A stretch of 50,862 nucleotides of DNA, from contig CAMAMO010000001.1 in assembly GCA_945836915.1 (NCBI GenBank), positions 1-50,862 of the forward strand. The letters are read 5' to 3'. A program made the position numbers and the translations under genes. Each line of letters opens with the position of its first letter. Position 1 is the stretch's first letter. Shown here piece by piece: positions 46,152 through 50,862 of this stretch. Under the pieces are notes generated by a model. That model saw nothing but the letters and a program-made list of their open reading frames with translations. It did no database searches and was not told where the DNA came from. This DNA is from an uncultured Mediterranea sp. GTDB lineage: Bacteria; Bacteroidota; Bacteroidia; Bacteroidales; Bacteroidaceae.

Positions 46152-49100
46152 ATGAAGAACCAGATTACCAAGAAATGTCTTTATTTGTTGCTCGCCCTGC
46201 TGTTTGCGCCACTCCTACTGATGGCGCAAGAGCGCAAAGTGAGCCTTGAGCTAAACGGAGCTCCTTTAGCTAAAGTATTGGACGAGATTGGCCGAAAGAC
46301 CTCTTTGTCCGTTGTTTACAACGTGTCAGATCTGCCTGCCTCCTCATCGATTACGGTGAAGGCGAAGGACGAATCTGTAACGGCCGTATTAACCCGCGTA
46401 CTAAAAGGTACGGGTTTGCAGTTTACCTTGACAGACGACCACATCGTCCTTTCAAAAAGCGCTCCCAGCCAGCCTGCCAAGAAGGTGACCGTAAAGGGTA
46501 ACGTCATTGACGGTACAGGCGAACCGCTGATTGGTGTCAGCGTGGCTGTCAAGGGGGGTACCGATGGTACCATCACCAACTTTGACGGTGATTTTACGCT
46601 GACCGTAGATCAAGGTTCGGTCATTGAACTGAGCTACGTAGGTTACACCTCGCAGCAGATTACGGTGAAAAACGAAGAGCCGCTCCACATTGTGATGGAG
46701 GAGGATAGCAAGCAGCTGGCCGAGGTGGTGGTAACCGCCCTGGGTATCAAGCGCGAGCAGAAGGCCCTGAGCTATAACGTGCAGCAGGTTAAGGGCGAAG
46801 AGTTGATGGCCGTTCGCGATGCCAACTTCATCAACTCCCTCTCTGGTAAGGTAGCCGGTGTTACCATCAACTCGTCGGCCGCCGGTCCTGGTGCCGCTGC
46901 CCGCGTGGTGATGCGTGGTACAAAGTCTTTGGAGAAGGATGACAACGCCCTCTACGTAATTGATGGTATCCCCATGTTCAACGTCAACAGCGGTGACCAA
47001 GGTGGTGGTACCATGGGTAAGCAGCCCGGTTCAAACAGCGTAGCCGACCTCAACCCTGAGGATATTGAGAGCATGACCATTCTGACCGGTCCCTCAGCAG
47101 CCGCCCTTTATGGCTCAGACGCCTCAAACGGTGTGGTTCTGATTACCACCAAGAAGGGTACTACCGGCAAGGTGAAGATTACCTACAGCAACAACACTAC
47201 CTTCAGCTCTGCCCTGATGATGCCTAAGTTCCAGAACATCTACGGAAACAACGAAGGTGAGTCGATGAGCTGGGGCAACAAGTTAGACGTTCCTACCAGC
47301 TACGATCCCGCTGACTTCTTCAACACCGGTACTAACGTGATGAACGGCTTGACGCTGACTACCGGTACCGAGAAAAACCAAACTTACGCCTCTATCTCTA
47401 CGACGAACTCTACGGGTATTCTGCCCAACAACTCTTATAACCGTTACAACTTCTCCATCCGCAACACGGCGAAGTTCGCTAACGACAAATTGACCCTTGA
47501 CCTTGGCGCCCAATATATCATTCAGAACAACAAGAACATGGTGGGTAGCGGTCAGTACTTCAACCCCTTGGTATCACTCTACCTCTTCCCCCGTGGCGAG
47601 AACTTCCAAGAGGTGCAGATGTATGAACGTTACAGCACCTCGCGCAACATCATGACTCAATACTGGCCCGCAGGCATCTACGGCACATCGCTCGATATGC
47701 AGAACCCCTACTGGATTATGTATCGCATGAACAACAATCTGGAGAAGCGCCGCTACATGTTCAATGCCAGCTTGAAGTGGGAGATTGCACCTTGGATCAA
47801 CATCACTGGCCGTGTACGTGTGGATAACAGTGACCAGGACGGTTACGAGAAGTATTACGCTTCAACCCGCACTACCTTTACCGAAGGTAGCGACAAGGGT
47901 TACTATGGCCATACCAAGCAGAACGACCGCTCAGTCTATGCTGACGCCATTGTCAACATCAGCAAGAACTTCATGGATGACCGCATGTCATTCAACGCCA
48001 ACATCGGTACCTCGATCAACGACCTGCAAGAGGACTTCTTCTACATCAAGGGCGGTCTGGACCAAGTGACCAACTTCTTCCACATCGGTAACATCAAGAT
48101 GGCGACCTCGAAGCGCAACGAAACTAAGTGGCACGATCAGACACAGAGTATCTTCGCCAGCGCTGAGTTGGGTTGGGACCACCAGCTCTACCTCACCGTG
48201 ACGGGCCGTAACGACTGGGCCTCTATGTTGGCCTTCACCAGCAAGTCCAGCTATTTCTACCCCTCAGTAGGTCTCTCATGGGTGATTAGCGAAACCCTGA
48301 AACTGCCTGAATGGTTCAATTACGCCAAGATTCGCGGTTCATGGGCCGAGGTGGCCTCTTCACCCAGCCGCTACCTGACGCGCATGCAGTATGATTACAA
48401 CGAGCAGACCAATACCTACGAGTATCCTGCTATTCATTACAACACCGATTTGAAGCCTGAGAACACCAAGTCATGGGAACTCGGTCTGAATACCAAATTC
48501 TGGAAGAACCGCATCAACCTCGATGTGACACTCTACCGCTCAAACACCTTCAACCAGACCTTCTACGTCGATGCATCTGCCTCATCTGGTTACAAGAGCA
48601 ACATCGTGCAGACCGGTAACATTCAGAACCAAGGTATTGAGTTGGCTTTAGGCTTCACAGAGACCTTCAACAAGGTAAAGGTATCAACCAACTTTACCTA
48701 CACCCTGAATGAGAACGAAATCATCAGCTTGGCTAATGGCGCTATTAATCCAGATACGGGTGAGGCCATCAAGATGGATTACTACTCAAAGGGTACGCTG
48801 GGTATCAGTGGCGGTCCTACGCTGCGCCTCTACGAGGGTGGTACCATGGGCGACATCTACATCAACCAACGCCTGCGCCAGTCACCAAACGGCTACATCT
48901 GGCAAGATCCCTCTACCGGTGGCCTCGCTATAGAGGATACCGAATACCGCAAGGTAGGCTCTATCCTGCCTAAGTATCACCTGGGTTGGAATGGAAACGT
49001 TGCTTGGAACGGACTGAGCCTGGGATTCGCCTTCACCGCCCGTGTCGGTGGTCTGGTGGTGTCAGACACCCAAGCCATGCTTGACCGTTACGGTGTATCA

Positions 49101-49457
49101 GAAGCCAGCGCCATAGCTCGCCAGCAGGGTGGTGTATGGATTGGCGAGAGCCAGGTTAGTGCAAAGGAATACTATGACAAGACCAGCACCGCCATCGGTA
49201 CCTACTACACCTACAGCGCCACCAATGTGCGTCTGAGCGAGTTGAGCCTCAGCTACCAGCTGCCCCGCAAGTGGTTTGCTGACAAGTGTGACCTCACCCT
49301 CGGCGTCACCGGTAAGAACCTCTGGATGATTTACTGCAAGGCACCTTTCGACCCCGAAAGCACCTCATCCGTCACCAGCAACTTCTACCAAGGAGTCGAT
49401 TATTTCCAGCAACCCAGCTTGCGTAGCCTGGGCTTTAACGTCAAACTTTCATTCTAA
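46152..49457 (+). CDS. susC: SusC/RagA TonB-dependent transporter with N-terminal STN (transducer) domain
   Basis: STN-like N-terminus, GEPLIGVSV, EVVVTALGIKR, LYVIDG, AAALYGSDASNGVVLITTK, C-terminal F. Confidence 0.96.
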   Translation: MKNQITKKCLYLLLALLFAPLLLMAQERKVSLELNGAPLAKVLDEIGRKTSLSVVYNVSDLPASSSITVKAKDESVTAVLTRVLKGTGLQFTLTDDHIVLSKSAPSQPAKKVTVKGNVIDGTGEPLIGVSVAVKGGTDGTITNFDGDFTLTVDQGSVIELSYVGYTSQQITVKNEEPLHIVMEEDSKQLAEVVVTALGIKREQKALSYNVQQVKGEELMAVRDANFINSLSGKVAGVTINSSAAGPGAAARVVMRGTKSLEKDDNALYVIDGIPMFNVNSGDQGGGTMGKQPGSNSVADLNPEDIESMTILTGPSAAALYGSDASNGVVLITTKKGTTGKVKITYSNNTTFSSALMMPKFQNIYGNNEGESMSWGNKLDVPTSYDPADFFNTGTNVMNGLTLTTGTEKNQTYASISTTNSTGILPNNSYNRYNFSIRNTAKFANDKLTLDLGAQYIIQNNKNMVGSGQYFNPLVSLYLFPRGENFQEVQMYERYSTSRNIMTQYWPAGIYGTSLDMQNPYWIMYRMNNNLEKRRYMFNASLKWEIAPWINITGRVRVDNSDQDGYEKYYASTRTTFTEGSDKGYYGHTKQNDRSVYADAIVNISKNFMDDRMSFNANIGTSINDLQEDFFYIKGGLDQVTNFFHIGNIKMATSKRNETKWHDQTQSIFASAELGWDHQLYLTVTGRNDWASMLAFTSKSSYFYPSVGLSWVISETLKLPEWFNYAKIRGSWAEVASSPSRYLTRMQYDYNEQTNTYEYPAIHYNTDLKPENTKSWELGLNTKFWKNRINLDVTLYRSNTFNQTFYVDASASSGYKSNIVQTGNIQNQGIELALGFTETFNKVKVSTNFTYTLNENEIISLANGAINPDTGEAIKMDYYSKGTLGISGGPTLRLYEGGTMGDIYINQRLRQSPNGYIWQDPSTGGLAIEDTEYRKVGSILPKYHLGWNGNVAWNGLSLGFAFTARVGGLVVSDTQAMLDRYGVSEASAIARQQGGVWIGESQVSAKEYYDKTSTAIGTYYTYSATNVRLSELSLSYQLPRKWFADKCDLTLGVTGKNLWMIYCKAPFDPESTSSVTSNFYQGVDYFQQPSLRSLGFNVKLSF

Positions 49458-49468
49458 TCGCAACGTCC

Positions 49469-50862
49469 ATGAAGAGTTTAAATACCATAAAGAGAGGTGC
49501 CAAGCTCACCGCCAGCCTGCTGACGGCCGGACTGCTTGCCGCTTGCACCGGCAACTTCGAAGAGTACAACACCAACCCCTACGGCCCAACGCCCGAGGAT
49601 ATGCTTGGTGACAATGCCATCACCAACTCACTCATCAAGAGTATGATGCCCGTTCTGGCTCAAGGACAACAGAACAATTCGCAGATGATTGACCAGATGA
49701 TCGGTTCAGAATATGGTGGTCAGATTGCCAACATTGCCCAATGGGGTAATAGCGGTAACTTTTACACCTACAATCCCCGTATCAACTGGATTGGAGTTCC
49801 TTTCAATACCATCATGCCTCAAATCTACACCGGTTTCTTCCAGATGAAGCAGACCACCGGCGGTGAAGGTATCTCCTACCGCTGGGCACAGATTCTCCGC
49901 ATCTTCGGTACCCTCCGTCTGAGTGATATGTACGGTCCGCTGCCCTATTCAAAGGTGACCGGAGCCGAGTTTACCGTACCCTATGACAACATGGAGGAGC
50001 TTTACAACAATATGTTCGCTGACCTCGATGTAGCCATCGACGAGCTGACTGCTGTAGCCCTCTCAGGCGAAGACATGAGCGTGTTTGCCCAGAGCGACTT
50101 TGTTTATAGCGGCGACTTCACCAAGTGGGTTAAGTTTGCTAATACCCTGAAGTTGCGCATGGCTATGCGTATCTCTAACGTCAATGCCACCCTGGCTCGC
50201 CAGAAAGCAGAAGAGGCCATCAATCACACAATCGGTGTGATGACCACCGCCCAAGATGCCGCTTGGTACAGCGATAACGATGGTATGAATCCCTACTACC
50301 GTGTAGCCTATTCATGGCAGGAGATTCGTGTCAGCGCCAACATCACCTCTTATCTGAGCGGTTACGACGATCCCCGTCTTGCAGCCTACGTCAACGCTTC
50401 AGAGCTCTCAACGGGCGAGTTGGTTGGTGTGCGTAATGGTATCTATCAGAGTGCCGGTAGCCAGGCCAGTTATGCCAACTATTCCCGTATGAACATCGGT
50501 GAACTGGACAAGCTGCTGGTGATGTCAGCCTCAGAAGCCTATTTCCTCCGTGCCGAGGGTGCCTTGAACGGGTGGAACATGAAGGGTACGGCCAAGTCGC
50601 TCTATGAAGAGGGTGTCAACGTCTCCATGCAGGAGCGTGGTGTCACCATCGGCAACTACCTGCTGAGCACAGCAACCCCTGCCGACTATGTTGATCCGCT
50701 CGACTCCAGCAAGAACCACGCCGCGATGAGTAGCGTAACCCCTGCTTACGATGAAAACGCCTCAGCCGACGAGAACCGTGAGCGTATCTTGGTGCAGAAG
50801 TGGATTGCCAACTTCCCCAATGGTTGGGAGACTTGGGCTGATATCCGTCGCACCGGCTACCC
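49469..50862 (+). CDS. susD: SusD/RagB family lipoprotein, truncated at the window edge
   Basis: Not in the ORF track because it has no stop in the window. Reads MKSLNTIKRGAKLTASLLTAGLLAACTGNFEEYNTNPYG (lipobox LAAC), DMYGPLPYS, WVKFANTLKLRMAMR, EAYFLRAE, ETWADIRRTGY. Confidence 0.93.
   Translation, partial: MKSLNTIKRGAKLTASLLTAGLLAACTGNFEEYNTNPYGPTPEDMLGDNAITNSLIKSMMPVLAQGQQNNSQMIDQMIGSEYGGQIANIAQWGNSGNFYTYNPRINWIGVPFNTIMPQIYTGFFQMKQTTGGEGISYRWAQILRIFGTLRLSDMYGPLPYSKVTGAEFTVPYDNMEELYNNMFADLDVAIDELTAVALSGEDMSVFAQSDFVYSGDFTKWVKFANTLKLRMAMRISNVNATLARQKAEEAINHTIGVMTTAQDAAWYSDNDGMNPYYRVAYSWQEIRVSANITSYLSGYDDPRLAAYVNASELSTGELVGVRNGIYQSAGSQASYANYSRMNIGELDKLLVMSASEAYFLRAEGALNGWNMKGTAKSLYEEGVNVSMQERGVTIGNYLLSTATPADYVDPLDSSKNHAAMSSVTPAYDENASADENRERILVQKWIANFPNGWETWADIRRTGY

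Overview
Bacteroidales chromosomal region (Bacteroidaceae/Prevotellaceae-like), judged from TAnnTTTG promoters, SusC/SusD genes and an ECF-FecR pair. It is mostly core genome. Left to right: a CAT-anticodon tRNA with a putative integrase att-type flank; DUF4491, AsnC, two FKBP PPIases and cobB; a metG-wzx-glycosyltransferase cluster arranged like the Bacteroides lfg protein O-glycosylation locus; two tandem orphan histidine kinases; YfhO, an S46 peptidase, DUF389, a second flippase, a lipoprotein, ruvB, a polysaccharide deacetylase and a DUF2723/TMEM260-like GT-C protein; sialate O-acetylesterase, tricorn-like S41 protease and RNase R; a CDF-SDR-PAP2-BASS-mtnN-luxS operon; and the start of an ECF sigma/FecR/SusC/SusD PUL cut at the right edge. 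No CRISPR array, transposase, rRNA, phage or defence gene was seen. The best leads are: (1) two GT-C enzymes and two flippases next to the lfg-like locus, a candidate complete O-mannosylation pathway; (2) a TTAGTA-N14-TTTGTA motif upstream of both fecR and susC; (3) a 39-bp inverted-repeat element upstream of susC; (4) a possibly mosaic metG; (5) an Aur1-like PAP2/SDR pair. All family assignments come from motif recognition, not database searches.
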